Positions 1 through 13,090 of a stretch of 64,000 bases of DNA are shown one piece after another. Position 1 is the stretch's first letter. Each line of letters opens with the position of its first letter. The translations under genes were made by a program, and so were the position numbers. This DNA comes from Torpedo marmorata (Eukaryota), in assembly GCA_977017645.1 (NCBI GenBank), contig OZ360250.1, forward strand, positions 15,376,001 through 15,440,000, given 5' to 3'. The notes below the pieces were generated by a model. It was not told the origin of the DNA. It saw only the letters and a program-made list of their open reading frames with translations, and did no database searches.

Positions 1-221
1 CATCTGTGGAGAGAGAAGCAGTCAATCATCCAGGTCAATGGCCTTTCATTGTCGGAACTGTTGAAGGGCCATTAGCATGAATCGCTTGCTTCTTTTTCCT
101 CCTCCCAGAGGCTCCCCGACCTGCGGAGTATTTCAAACATTTTCTGTTTTCATTGAAGATGAGACATACTAAGTAATGGGTGTGTGTGTCTCGTACAGTA
201 TATGCCTGGAAGGGGCCAGTG

Positions 222-482
222 ACTCACTCTCTACCTCTCTTCCTCTTTCTCCACTTCTCTTCCTTTTTCTCTCTCTCTTCCTCTTTTTCTCTTTCTCCTT
301 CGCTCTTTCTATTTTTATCTCCATCTCTCTATCTGTGTCTGTCTCTCTCTCTGTCTCTCTCTTTCTCTGTCTCTTTCTCTCTCTTTCTTTCCCTTTCTTG
401 CTTGCTCTCTTTCTCTCTCACTTTCCCTTTCTGTCTCTCGCTCTTTCTCCCTCTCTTTTTCTCTCTCTCTCTCTCTTTCACT
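222..482. repeat. CT-rich low-complexity / degenerate (CT)n microsatellite
   Basis: Nearly pure pyrimidine tract. Explains the Leu/Ser/Phe-rich ORFs at 176 and 180. Confidence 0.9.
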
Positions 483-1867
483 TACTGCATTGACATGTAT
501 GAACGATTATACTGAAATATTTTGCCTCCTTTGGGGAAATGGGAACCACTGGGAGGTTCAGTTTCTTGATCTGTGCATTGAAGCCTCAGTGGACCTGGGC
601 CTGATCCACAGGTGTGTACGAGGTCAGAATGGCGCAAAGCTACGAGGTGGTGACTGTGTTCCTTTACTCATTGGTTGTCCCGTCCTTGGAGACAGTGTGG
701 TGAGCAGACAAATTCCAAGCAAGAGAGCGGAGGGATTTTGGGTCTTGTGCAGGAATTGATGGGTGCATGATCCGCCGCAGTTCTGATGAATGGCGCAGTT
801 GCTCGGCTCACTCCAACTCCCAACTCTGAACGTAGTGGCACAACTCCCTTGCAGCGACTGGGGAAGTGACGGCCTGCAGTCAGCGCCCGGTGTCTGGACT
901 CTGGGCGTGGGTGGTCTCTTGCCCGTTTGTTTGCACCTGCGGTGAGTGGCAGGACAGGTGGCGAAGGTACCCTGGAGATCAGTGCTCTCTCAGCATCATC
1001 AACAATCCTGACCGTGGCTGATTCCCTTGGGGTTCTTTTGGAACTCTGCCCTAACAGCGGATGCGCCCTACTCTGAGAATGTCCGCGAGCACTGGTTTGG
1101 TGAAGGTGCCAGTCCGTTAAAGGCACCAACTCTTGGTTTCCTCTCGAGTCAGCTGATACTCCGCAGTGAACCCAGTTCGTCACCCTGCCTGTGTTGGGTC
1201 AACTCGCTGGTCCCGACCTCTGCCAGAGTGTTGCTCTGCAGAACCTGAGGGGACGCAATGCAGAGACAATGGATGCCTTCTCCAGCCCTTTGGCTGCCTT
1301 TGGAGCTGTTCACCAGGTGATGAAGCAAAAAGGTTCACTACAGAATTGTACGACAGATTTGTCGACGCAGATATGTGACACAAGTATGTACAAATGGTAG
1401 ATAACGAGAACTAAAAATCCATGATTCCCTTTCTTGCTATCTTGTTTCAAAGAAGAATTGGAATTTGTGGGACTATACAAAGGATTATTGTGCAAACTTT
1501 GTTGAGAGAGAAGGAAGAAGCAAGTGTTTTTTATTCGGGTTTCCTCTCTCCTTGCCTGAAGGTGTGGAGATCTGTTGTAGAAACCCTCCAGTAATCCTGG
1601 GAAGAAAGCAGCTCCCTCCGCAAAGGCCAACGCTTTTTGCTGTTTGTTTACCACATCAGTGAGCTGTGGGCAGAGTGGGAATGAGGGTCCGTGAATCCTC
1701 CTTGGATCTGACCTGGACATAGTTATTCGTTTAATTCCTGAATGGTCAAACTACAATTCCAGGCCTGGGACACCAGCAACAAGCTTGATGATGCAAAACT
1801 CACTGAGTTTCAGCGTCTGGAATATTTGGTTCCTTTTATCATTCTCACTTGGTTCCTTGTTTCTTCC

Positions 1868-2162
1868 TGAGGGTAGGTGAGATACAAATCAGAGGACATG
1901 AGTTAAAGGTGAAAGGGGAAAAGTTTAGGGGGAACTTCTTCACACAGAGAGTGGTGGGAGTGTAGAACGAGCTGCCAGCTGAGGTGGTGAATGCGGGCTC
2001 AATTTTAACATTCAAGAGGAATTTGGACAGGTACATGGATGGGAGAGGTATGGAGGGCTGTGGACCGGGTGCAGGTCAGTGGGACTAGGCAGGAAAATAA
2101 ATGGGCACAGACTAGAAGGGCTGAAGGGCCTGTTTCTGTGCTGTAATGTTCTATGGTTCTAT
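1868..2162 (+). mobile_element. CR1-clade LINE 3' fragment
   Basis: Typical CR1 3' end (...ttcttcacacagagagtggtgggagtgtagaacgagctgcca... gggcctgtttctgtgctgtaatgttctatggttcta). Same family as the copy at 62199. Confidence 0.8.
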
Positions 2163-2574
2163 CAGATTTTGCGCTTTTCCAACGCAAAGGCTGGTGGAAA
2201 GGTCTGAGCTGGCACGCGCAGTGGTGATGAATTGTAGGGTGCCGTGTCACCAGCCGCCAGCGGTGGTGTAAACTGGGCACGGCTACGTCAGGCCACCGCC
2301 ACGGCCCTGGTGTCACCGAGCTGGCGGAGCCCGCGGTGGAAAGCCGGCCGGAGGGAGCAGGAGCCAGGGTACTGAGTTCGCGTCAAAAAAGATGAGACGT
2401 GTCACCGGTTGTGTCGAGGAGATGTGCAGATCCTCCGGGGTTGTTGTCCAGAGGGAGGTGTTAAATGCCTTGCCTCCGGCTGTGGGATCCCAGCAGTGAG
2501 CAACGGCAGGTGCCTCGTCGAGCTGAGAGGTTAGGATGTGTTGTTGTAAACCGTGGCTCTCTCTGTTATTGCAG

Positions 2575-2756
2575 TAACCTACATGTTAAAGATGCTCTCG
2601 TCGACAATACTTCTGCAGTCTACCAGGCTGTCATCCGTAACACTAACAAGCCCAAACAGACTCAACAGCAGGAAGTAGATGAGTGGACCCGCAGGGCTGC
2701 TAATCTACAGTCCAAATCTTTCCGAGTCCTTGCTCAGATGACTGGAACGCAATTCC
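2575..2756 (+). CDS. LDB3: LDB3 internal exon downstream of the ZM motif (182 nt, phase 2 to 1)
   Basis: ttgcag| ... |gtaagt boundaries. Encodes [60 protein letters not shown], closely matching the ZASP/Cypher segment ...SPVYQAVIK...[26 protein letters not shown]. Confidence 0.96.
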
Positions 2757-3771
2757 GTAAGTATTGCCGAGATTTCTCTGTGTTCAATTAACAGGGAGAG
2801 GTGCACTCGATTAGCCCATCCAATAACGAGACATGTGGCTAGACCCAGCTCAGACCGGTGAAGTGGAAGTCTGCACTGGGGAGCTGACGGATTATCCGTG
2901 GGCGCAGGCTCACCGATGATCGGCCTCGCCATGCAGCGGAAGGTGTTGCTTTGCGACTGGCATTGACGCAGAGTAGAGGAAGCTTTGCCCTGCGGCTGAC
3001 CTGCATCTCGTTCAGAGGGGCTTGACGGGACGGAAAAGAGGGAACTCTGCTCTGCTCCTGTCCACGGGCTCTTGGTTTGCCAGTCCTGAGGAAGCTTTGC
3101 TGGTGATCTAACCCTGACTAGGGGTGTTTGTGAGGCAGTGTCTCTTTACTTTTCCTGAGATTCCCTCTCCACTGGAATTCTACTCCAAAGAAGCGTGGAA
3201 ATGTTTATTGCATGAAGTAAAAGTGCCACCTAAGTGCCTAATAGCTTATTCCTAAACAAGGAGATCTTACTGGAATGTGTTCCAGGGAATGTACAGACCT
3301 GGGGAACGCAGTGTTGACATCTGACACCTGTGCAGTGTTGTAGACCTCCTGTCAAAGAGGAATTAGCTGGGCGTTGCCTCCAGTGAAGTGGTCTTGCCGA
3401 TGTAGAGCAAAAGCTCATTCTGTGTTCGCCCAGACTTCTCCATTCTGATGTGCTGCAAAAGGTGAGGCTCAACCTGTCTGTAGTGGCCAGATGTCACTGC
3501 AGAGGTTCTGATCTTGCTGTGGGCAGATGGTGCACAGGTCAACCGGCGTTAAGAGGGAGAAACAGATGAATAACCGAGGAATTAGACCAGCACGAGCAAG
3601 GTGTACGTGGGCGTTTGCTGCCCAATTTGCTGTCAAAATTCTGAAATTGCATTGCATCCCCCCCAAAAAAAAAGTTTTTACAGATCTGAAATCTGTCAGA
3701 ATTCAAAGATAAAGAGATGGTGATGAAATGATTGTAACAAAAATTCTCCTTCCCCACCCCTCACAGCACCC

Positions 3772-6250
3772 TTTTCTTTCTTTTATATTTTTATTGAATT
3801 TTATATATATATATATATATATACAACAAAAAATGTAAGAACAAGAAAAATGTACTGTACATGTACAGAGTAAATACAATGTTATCTAGAATAAAAATAA
3901 ACATCGCAACTAATGATAAACAAACAGACAGAATTCAGTTTTATATCTCCTGTTCCTGCAGAAAAAAACTCAAAAGAAAGAGACTGTAACTAACTAATCC
4001 TAAATCTATAGTCCCTAAACTAAAAAGAAAAAAGCCGCTGGGACGCCTTAAACCACCAAAAGGGTAACAGTAACAGTACGTTGGTGAATTGCCTTATATG
4101 TAAAGTAAGTTCAGGAAGAGATTATAAATGTTTCGTATATTATATACAAAATAGTAAACCACTGTATTATTCATTAAACATTAAAATATTCCATAAAAGT
4201 GTGCCACATTTTATCAAACTTAACTTCAGTTTTCAAAACGTTACATCTAATCTTCTCAAGGTTCAAGCATGATAAGGGTTGGGTCGTCCATTGTACATAA
4301 CTGCGAGGGATAGAGTCCTTCCATCTTAGCAAAATAGATCTTCTAGCCATTAAAGTGGCAAAAACTATCACATGGCAATCCGACACCGATAATCTACTGT
4401 TCTCTATCACCGCACCAAATAAAGCTGTAATAGGATGAGGTTGAATAGTAACCGAGAAAATACAGGAAAATGCATTAAAAATTTCCTTCCAAAAATGATC
4501 TAATGCTGAACAGGACCAAAACATATGAAATAAGGAAGTAACCCCCATTACGACACCTGTCACATAAAGGGTTGATAGTAGGAAAAATCTTAGAGCACAT
4601 TTATCCAAAGATAAATTAGCTATGTACTATCTTGAATTGAATAAGTGAATGACGTGCACAAATGGAAGAGGAATAGACCAATTTTAACACTTGGTCCATA
4701 TATCCTTGGAAATAATCATTTGTAAGTCGCTCTCCCAAGCACTCTTAATTTTATTCATAGAAACGCAACGTGTTTTAGAAATTAATCCATAAATGAATCC
4801 TATTAAACCCTTTTGACAAGGATTTAACCGAAAAAATAAGTCAATACAATTACTATCATGGGAGAACGGAAAAGTAGTAACTTGGTTTCTCAGAAAATCT
4901 CTAACTTGTAAGTACCAGTATCTAAAAAAAATGGAAATTAGGGAGATTAAATTTATGTGACAAATGCCAAAAGTCATAAAACAGCCGTCAAAAAATGAAG
5001 TGATATCCTTTTCTTTCCATTTATGAAAAACACGATCAAGGCAAGATGAAGGAAAAAATAAATTATTAATAATCAGAGCGTATAAAGAAAAATGTTTCAG
5101 TTCAAAACAGCGCCTGAATTGAAACCAAATTCGTAACGAATTTTTGACGACCGAACTGCCTATTAATTTATTCGCCTTTACCAAAGAAAACAGAAGGGAA
5201 GAACCAAGTAATGTAGCCAGAGCAAATTTGTTAAAACCTTTCAGCTCCATGGATGTCCATTCTGGGCAGTCCGATTTATCTATGTAATGAATCCAGAAAA
5301 TAATATATTTAATATTAATAGCCCAATAATAATGTCTCAGGTTAGACAAAGCAAAGCCCCCATCTGTTTTTGATTTTTATAAAAGATTTATTCAACCTTG
5401 GACTCTTGTGGTTCCAAACATACGAAGTCAAAAAATTTCTTTGGTATAAAAATCGGAATTGCCTGGAATAAATATAAAAATTTAGGCAGAACATTCATTT
5501 TAATGACGTTAATTCTACCAACAAGCGTCATAGAAAGGGGGGTCTCTTTCACCTGTCTAAACAGAGGACTGAAGTTTTCTTTGAAAAGATCTTTAAATAT
5601 TTTAGAAACTTTAACCCCTAAATAGGTGAAAGATCCCCTCACTATTTTAAATGGAATATTATCATAGATAGGAACAGAACCATTCAAGGGAAAATGTTCA
5701 CTTTTGTGCAAGTTAAGCTTGTAACCTGAAAAGATACTAAAGTTTGATAATAAATTTAACATAGGAGGTATGGAGCGTTCCAGATGTGAGATATAATAAC
5801 AAATCATCAGCATAAAGTGAAACTTGATGATTTTTGTCCCCACTTTGAATGCCTGAAATATTTACTGAGTCCCGAAATGCAATAGCCAATGGTTCTAATA
5901 CCAGGCCAAATAATAAAGGCCACAAAACAATCTAAAAGGATCAGATCTTAGATTATTAGTAGATACTGAAGCCTGAGGGGAGTGGTAGATCAATTTGATC
6001 CACGATATGAATTCTGGACCAAATTTAAATCTTTTCAAAATTTCAAATAAATATGGCCACTCAACCCTGTCAAATGCTTTTTTCTGCATCTAATGTAATA
6101 TATTCAGTGACTTTAGATGGTGGAGAGTAAATTATATTCATTAAATGTAGAATATTAAAATGTGAGTATTGATTTTTAATAAATCCTGTTTGGTCGTTTC
6201 AGATAATTGCAGGTAAGATATTCTCTAATCTGCTTGCCAGAACTTTTGAA
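3772..6250 (-). mobile_element. L1-clade LINE, 5'-truncated, frameshifted ORF2
   Basis: Minus-strand fragments KAFDRVEWPYLF, VSLYADDLLLY, FSGYKLNLHKSE, GRINVIKMNVLPKFLYLFQ, NLRHYYWA, HMFWSC. A-rich tail near 3772-3800. Confidence 0.92.
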
Positions 6251-6469
6251 GTTTCAGCACCCTTTTACCATCCGCAAGTCTCCAAGTTAACAATTGGCAG
6301 TGAATTACGTTCTGAATTCAGTGTGATAATCTGAAAATGCACTTTCATTTTTTTTAAATGTTAGCTGCAACTCAAAATTAGTCCGGTCTACTGAAAAATT
6401 TAACTACCCTGAAAACTGCAAGGGTAAAAAAACCCACATTTATAAGTTCAGTGCAATATTTTTAATTTT

Positions 6470-6741
6470 TTTTAAATTTAGACGTACAGACATACAGCAC
6501 AGTAACAGGCCATTTCGGCCCACGAGACCGTGCCGCCCAATTTACACCCCATTAACCTACACCCCCGGTACGTTTTGAACGGTGGGAGGAAACTGGAGCC
6601 CCCGGAGAAAGCCCACGCAGACACGGGGAGAACGTACAAACTCCTTACAGATAGCGCGGGATTCGAACCCCGGTCCGGTCCGGTCCTGATCGCTGGCGCT
6701 GTAAAGGCGTTGCGCTAACTGCTATGCCAACCATGCTGCCC
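6470..6741 (-). mobile_element. tRNA-derived V-SINE (young subfamily)
   Basis: Reverse complement has a tRNA-like head with A/B boxes, the V domain GGAGTTTGTACGTTCTCCCCGTGTCTGCGTGGG and a CR1-like tail. Confidence 0.88.
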
Positions 6742-7460
6742 TTTTGTTTATTTGATGTATTTTGTTCCAATACATCAGAAATGTTTCATTTGTGTCTTCA
6801 GTTGACTAGTTCTTCTTTGTAAACCGGATTGAGGGGCCTTCAGAGGAATCCAGGACTTGTTCGCAATAGCACTGTTCACACTGTAACAATCTGCTGGATC
6901 CAAGCTTCAGTGGAACCCAGGCCAAGGGTACAATAGTTGTGTATCCCTGACGTGGCAAGGAGTCACGATCCAGTTATCCTCTTGGATTTGAGTCGAGCTA
7001 ACCAAGGTGGTGTTGGGATTGCTTCCTGTAATTTTGGGAAAACCAGCTGGTCAGTTCCAAAACGAACCTCAGCTCAACTTTTACAATACACATATTGCAA
7101 AATATTCTGCCTCCTGCAACCTTTTATGAGCTCATCAGCTTTACCCACTTTGCTGCTAACTTTCACCCTGACCCTTAATTCGCCTGGTCCATTTCTTGCA
7201 ACACTGTCCTCTTTCTCGATCTCTCTCTCTCTCTCTCTCTGGAGACAAAACTATCGACAGACATCTTCCATAACTCTTCCATCTCCCAGCTTTGGCTGTG
7301 ATGCATCCAGTCAACGTCTGGTCCTACCTCTCAGTTTAGCGTTGTGTTGAAGAGACAGCACAGCTCCCTGAAGTCAGCAGCCCCTTAACTTGGAGCCCTG
7401 TGGATGTGAGACGGTTGAGTAGTTGGACATTGTTGCTGACTCGCATCTTCTGTGTTGCAG

Positions 7461-7497
7461 TGCAAGATCCAGATGAAGAAGCTATGAAAAGATCAAG
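7461..7497 (+). CDS. LDB3: LDB3 37-nt exon (phase 1 to 2)
   Basis: gttgcag| TGCAAGATCCAGATGAAGAAGCTATGAAAAGATCAAG |gtaggc gives (L)QDPDEEAMKRS, matching ZASP MQDPDEEALRRS. Phase fits the previous exon. Confidence 0.95.
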
Positions 7498-8063
7498 GTA
7501 GGCTTCTGGCAGCAGCAGCAGCAGCTTCCTGGCCTTCCCATCACACACCCCTAAACACTTCCCTGCTGAACGCAGCGACACAACACACAGCCCTCAGCAG
7601 CAGTTGATCACAGAAAGGTGGAGTGATTCAGATCACCACTAGTTAATCTCGAAAGTGATGGGAAAGTTTCAACATCTCCCTCAGAATGCAACCAACATGT
7701 AGAGCAAGGCATAATTCAGTGAGTTTGCCTTGCACATTGCAGATAGATCACAGGAAGCTATTGGCATCACCACATGTTTCTGAAATGACACCCACATTCC
7801 CACCCTCCCCAGCGAGTGCTTTCTGTCCAACCTACACTAATTGCGGGGGGTTTGCTCTGGTTTTGTATGTAGTTCCTGTTTCTAACACAGAAATGACGAG
7901 GATGTTTAAAGGGTTGCCAGCTTAAGGATCTAAAATGATTTTGTAAGCCTTGTCTTGTGCTTTGATTGGTTTGTGTGTTATAAGGTGAGGAGGCGAAGGC
8001 CATTTTTCCCTCGTCCCTTACTCTTTTCCTCCTCTCTCTTTTCTCTCTTTCTCTACGCCACAG

Positions 8064-8160
8064 GGAAAAGTTTGAACATGAAGTAAAAGGTCCACGGTTT
8101 GCCAAATTACGCAATTGGCATCATGGTCTGTCTGCACAGATCCTTAATATTAAAGGTTAA
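8064..8160 (+). CDS. LDB3: LDB3 short-isoform (LIM-less) terminal coding exon
   Basis: Long pyrimidine tract then ccacag|. Encodes (R)EKFEHEVKGPRFAKLRNWHHGLSAQILNIKG*, matching the short-isoform C-terminus RERFETERNSPRFAKLRNWHHGLSAQILNVKS*. Confidence 0.96.
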
Positions 8161-8368
8161 ACTGCCCGCCTGTAATCAGACACTTTCAGTTAGAATTACT
8201 AAACTAATAATAAGGGCAGATCTCTGTCATAGTGACTCTTTTAAAAATAGTAGCTTGAGAACATCAAATCTTCTGAAAACAAGATAAAGAAAGTGCTTGT
8301 ATCCTCCGTGTTGTTATACAGTGACCCTAGCAGTACTCTATTTCCCCATGTATGAAAGTTACTCTGAC

Positions 8369-8374
8369 AATAAA
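8369..8374 (+). promoter_or_regulatory. Candidate polyadenylation signal of the short LDB3 isoform
   Basis: First AATAAA I found after the stop at 8160, followed by U/GU-rich gtcctgtttctgta. Use is unverified. Confidence 0.45.
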
Positions 8375-11032
8375 ATGTTAAAAGTCCTGTTTCTGTATAA
8401 AGAGTCAGCTTCTATATCTGTCGAGTCCTTTCAAAGAAGTGTTAGGGAATTATTAAAACTGTTGGCTTCCTTGTATTTGTGCGAGTGCAGAGAGAAGGGA
8501 CTTGCTATCTCGGTGATGTGTGAGTGACAGGGCTGTCTAGCACTGAGGGAATGCTCACATAACACAGTTGGTTTGACACAAGTCAGATAACGGGGGGAGA
8601 CCCAGGGGGAAAAAATGGAGAATGATTGGCCTGGTGCTTAGAATAATGGGTAGCATCTGATGAGCTCATTGAGTTGACAACACATGATTTGCTTCTCTTT
8701 CTCTGTAAGGGGTGCCGGGCAATGTTTATGGCAAATTTTTATCTACTGAAGGCAATTTAATATAATATTACATTTCTGTTTTATTACATGACAATAAATA
8801 GTATCTGATATGATCTGATTTTGGTGACAAGTCAAATACACAAACGTGCTGCATCCATGGACGCTGCGTGACCTGCTGAGTTTCTCCAGCACGTTTGTGT
8901 ATTGCACCCAACCCCAGAATCTGCAGACTTCCTTGTCAATTTATTGTGCCAAATCACAGTAACTAACTTATCAACGCGATTACTGAACAATTTCTCGATA
9001 TGGGTAGTGAAACATTTTTGATTGTACTGATGTATTTACAATATTTACATTATTCTCATTTCAGCATTATATTACCAATGCACATCAAATTAAAACACCT
9101 TGTCCAGAATGCACTCCCCCCTACTGTACCCACCAGTCTCAAAAGGCCTCCAAAGCACCACCATTACTGACAGTAACATTTTATTCAGGATTAAATTACG
9201 GTAACTAATGAACTGCTTTAAAATTCTCCAGCTGCCTTTGTGAGATTTCAACTCATTGCCTCTGGAGCATTAGCTCAGGCTTCTAGTTAGCCACGTAACA
9301 TCACCACTAAGCTACCACTGCCCTCCACTTACACTGTGTTTAACCTCTTGGCAAAGCAAATCCTGTGGCCATTTGGTTTAAATAGTTGATAGCTTGAGGC
9401 TTATGTTTGGTTGCTCCTTTCCAAAGGTCAGACTCAACGCTGGCTAAAGCCAATCGAGTTAATTATTCTCGTCACATTTAGTGAAATAATTAACCTGCTC
9501 TTGCTTTGTTTCTCTTGACAAAGTGGTGCAGCGTGACAGGGCTTATTCTGGGTTTCCGACTGCATTCAGATGAGAAGGGTAAGACTGGTTCGAAACACAT
9601 AGTGTGACCTCGAGGCACGAGCCCCCCCCCCCCTGTCCCAAGAACAACATTGGCAAATTTAACCAAGTTCCAAACACATCAAGGGTTTTTGCACATTGGA
9701 CTTAGATGAATATGTACACTGGTTGCATAAGGCTTTGTGGAAATTACTTCCATCAACCAGATGAGGTGAAGATATTTTTCAATACCTGTGATGTGTGAGC
9801 ATTCCTTCAGAAAGGGGAAATTACGAGTCCTCCATTGAATATTTAACTTCTGGAGGTGATGTGTCAAATGTAGTTCGACTGCCCTGGAAGTGATGGTCTG
9901 TAAAGGGATGGAGTGACTGGTGAAGACTGGCCGTGGTAATTGTGACACACCCCACTGTGATTTTTGCAGAGGACATTCTTCCATTGCTCCCCTGTCCTCT
10001 CCTCCTCCCATTCTTGGAGTCTTGAGCCCAGGTACCCCGTCAACCCATCCAATTGGCCTTTCTTTATCCTGGGCCTCAGCAGCCTTGCCAGTGGAATGTT
10101 CTACTGCGGCGAGAGTCCCTTGGGCTCGGTTCCGTGCACCTTTGCAGGGCAGAGCTGCCGTGAAGTTCTTTCACCTCCACCCCCATCCCCCAGTATATTT
10201 CCACAGCCCCTATGCCCACCCACCCCAGCTCACTTTGCCTTGCCAACAGTACTGAAGCAAAAATCTGGCACCCATGCCTGACTCAGGTCACCACAGGACC
10301 TGCTGCTGGTCTGCTCTGCTCTCGATACCCGATACAAGAAGCAGAAAGCAATGTCGTTCACACAAATGTACAGAGCGCACCATATTCCAAGAAACAGGTT
10401 AATGAGTGAAACTGCAAATGCAGGTGGGGTGTGTTATACATAGGGAATGACGCTGTGGTAGTGTGGAGCAAGTGGATGCTGGCATTTGAACCACATCTAC
10501 AACCTCCCATTACCCCACTTGTCTTTCAGTCTGGGTTCAGTGGTTGGATGTGAATGATTTCAGTCAACTCATTGGGAGTGGACGTTAGCTGGAGACGAGG
10601 TTCTGGTGTAGTGAGGTTGTTTGGTGAAAGGCACGATGTGATTATCTGGTTTCTGTATTCTCTGCTTGACTCCTTTTGGTTTGCAAGTTCTCTGTATATA
10701 GCAGCACTTTTTTCTCTGAAATAAAACAAAAATCAAGTTCAAAAAAGAAATTAGATCCTCTTCCAATTTTTTTCTCTGTGTGGCTAGTGAGACACTCCAT
10801 TTCGACCGCAATCCCTTTGTTTGAGTCAGACAGTTCAGCTGTTTAATTATTTGAAGGCTGCTTCAAAGAGGCAGTTCCTGGGTGGTGACTGGTGAACTCA
10901 GTGACAGATGATTTAAGAGGGCAGATATTCAAACAGGACAGCAGGATCCACACCACAAATGGGGCTCTATTTTCACCTTTGGTGAATGTTTCACTGCCTC
11001 AGGTCAATATTGTGAAGTTTGCAACTGAAGTA

Positions 11033-11238
11033 CAGGTATACCCCGTTTTACGAATACTCACTTTACGAAAATTCGCTTTTACGAAGAAACGTATTCGCTT
11101 TTATGAAAGGATTTGAATGGGTTTTCGCTTTTACGAAAATAGCCTTCAATAGTAGTGAATGGGTCTTCGCTTTACGCCATTTCGGCTTACGAAAGATTTC
11201 ATAGGAACGCTCTAGTTTCGTAAAGCGGGGTATATCTG
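11033..11238. mobile_element. Tc1/mariner (Tigger-like) MITE
   Basis: TIRs CAGGTATACCCCGTTTTACGAA / TTCGTAAAGCGGGGTATATCTG, flanked by TA on both sides. Internal tttacgaa subrepeats. Confidence 0.85.
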
Positions 11239-12125
11239 TATTGTCATTGACACTCATCAAAGCTTCGCCCCTTTAGTCAGAAGGGTGACATTCTGCACTT
11301 TAAGGCCAGACGTTAAGACTCCCTCTTCTGCCTTAGGCTCAGGAAGGTCGGATCTCTTCTGGCAATGTGCCCGAGCATTACTGCGCTCTCAGTAGCACGA
11401 GGCGAGGGGATGGTCGTAGCAAACATTGAGGTAGCGAGGGGGTGAGGAGGAAAACACAAGGTGACGGGCACCAGAGGATTCTGCAGGGCAGCGAGTTTGG
11501 GACGGTGAGGGGGAGGAGTGAGAAACATGGCACGGGCCAAGAGTGAGCGGAGCTGGGTGATGAGAGGGGATCTGTTCCTCGGTGGTCTTGTGCTGGTTGA
11601 CAGTCCACCACCTCGAATACCTTTTAAACGCTTCTTTCAAATTTATTTGAAGCTCAAACCTTCAGTGCACTTAAATCTTTGGAGTTAGCAGCAAACAGCA
11701 GTGGATTTCGACATAAAGTCGACCCAGCTCAGATTGGGAATGGCTTCAGGCATCCAGGCTTTCACTGATACCCTTTACATTCTGTACAGATTCTGACTGA
11801 TTGCAGGCAGCAGAAAAGCTGTGAGCTCAGTGGAAAGAAGGGTCAGGACCTGAATCTAACGGTAGTGTAGCTCTGCGCATTGCCACACAGAGAGCTTCTC
11901 TTCCCATCACGTTTACATTTACGCAGTGACATTTTCTTCTCTTAAAAAAACATGTTAAACCAAAATAAAATCAACTTGCCTAGAATTGTAGAGAAATACA
12001 CTTTGTCCAAAAACCATAACTTTAAACTGATTTGACTTCTCAGTGGGGCAGTTTATAAAGCTAGCAGAATTCTGTGGCTTTTCCCGAGGGAAAAGCTGGG
12101 TCCCATTGTGAAGTGAGCTTCTGCC

Positions 12126-13090
12126 TTAGAAACTTAAGAACAAGGAGCAGGAGTCGGCCTTCCGGCCCGTCGAGCCTGCTCTGCCATTCAATAAGGTCAT
12201 GGCTGATCTGGCCGTGGACTCAGCTCCACCTACCTGCCGTTTCCCAATAACCTTTAATTTCTTTTTTTTAAATGTAGACATACAGCACGGTAACAGGCCA
12301 TTTCGGCCCACAAGTCCGTGCCGCCCAATTACACCCAATTAACCTACACCCCTGGTACGTTTCGAACGGTGGGAGGAAACCGGAGCCCCCGGGGAAAACC
12401 CACGCAGACTTGGGGAGAATGTACCAACTCCTTACAGACAGCGCGGGATTCAAACCCCGTTCCTGGTTGCTGGCGCTGTAAAGGCGTTGCGTTAACCGCT
12501 TCGCCGACCGTGCTGCCCAATAATTTCCCCTAATATTCAAATATCCATTGAACTGTGTCTTACATATATTTAATGAGGCAGCCACTACTGCTTCCTTGGG
12601 CAGAGAATTCCACAGATTCACTGCTCTCTGGGAAAAGCAGTTCCTCCTCATCTCCTGAATCTATCCCCCTGAATCTTGAGGCAATGTCCCCTAGTTCTAT
12701 TCTCACCTACCTGTGGAAACAACTTTCTCGCCTCCATCTTATCTATCCGATTCATAATCATGTGTGTTTCCTTGATCCCCTCTCATTCTTCTGAATTCCA
12801 GTGGGTGTAGTCCCAAGCGACTCAATCTCTCCTCATAAGCTAACCCCCTCATCTCCGGAATCAGCCTGGCGAACCTCCTCTGCACCACCTCCAAAGCCTC
12901 TATATCTTTACTCAAGTAAGGAGACCAGAACTGCACACAATACTCCAGATATGGCCTCACGAGTACCCTGTACAATTGCAGCAGAACCTCCCTGCTCTTA
13001 AATTCAATCCCTCGCAATGAAGGCCATTTTGCCTTCTCGATTACCTCCTGCACCTGCAAACTAATCTTTTGCAATTCATGCACAATCATG
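12126..13090 (-). mobile_element. CR1 LINE 3' fragment interrupted by a V-SINE
   Basis: ORF with LYRVLVRPYLEYCVQFWSPY and RRNCFSQRAVNLWNSLP, plus CR1 tail. SINE inserted at about 12262-12518. Confidence 0.88.
12262..12518 (-). mobile_element. V-SINE nested in CR1
   Basis: Same family as 6470-6741. Possible taatttc target duplication. Confidence 0.85.

Noticed and set aside
176-515. Hydrophobic membrane-like ORFs (also 20180-20927)
   Set aside because: Translations of CT microsatellite.
8241-8250. MEF2 site TTAAAAATAG (also TTATTTATAG near 32434)
   Set aside because: Short AT-rich matches are expected by chance in 64 kb, and no conservation data are available.
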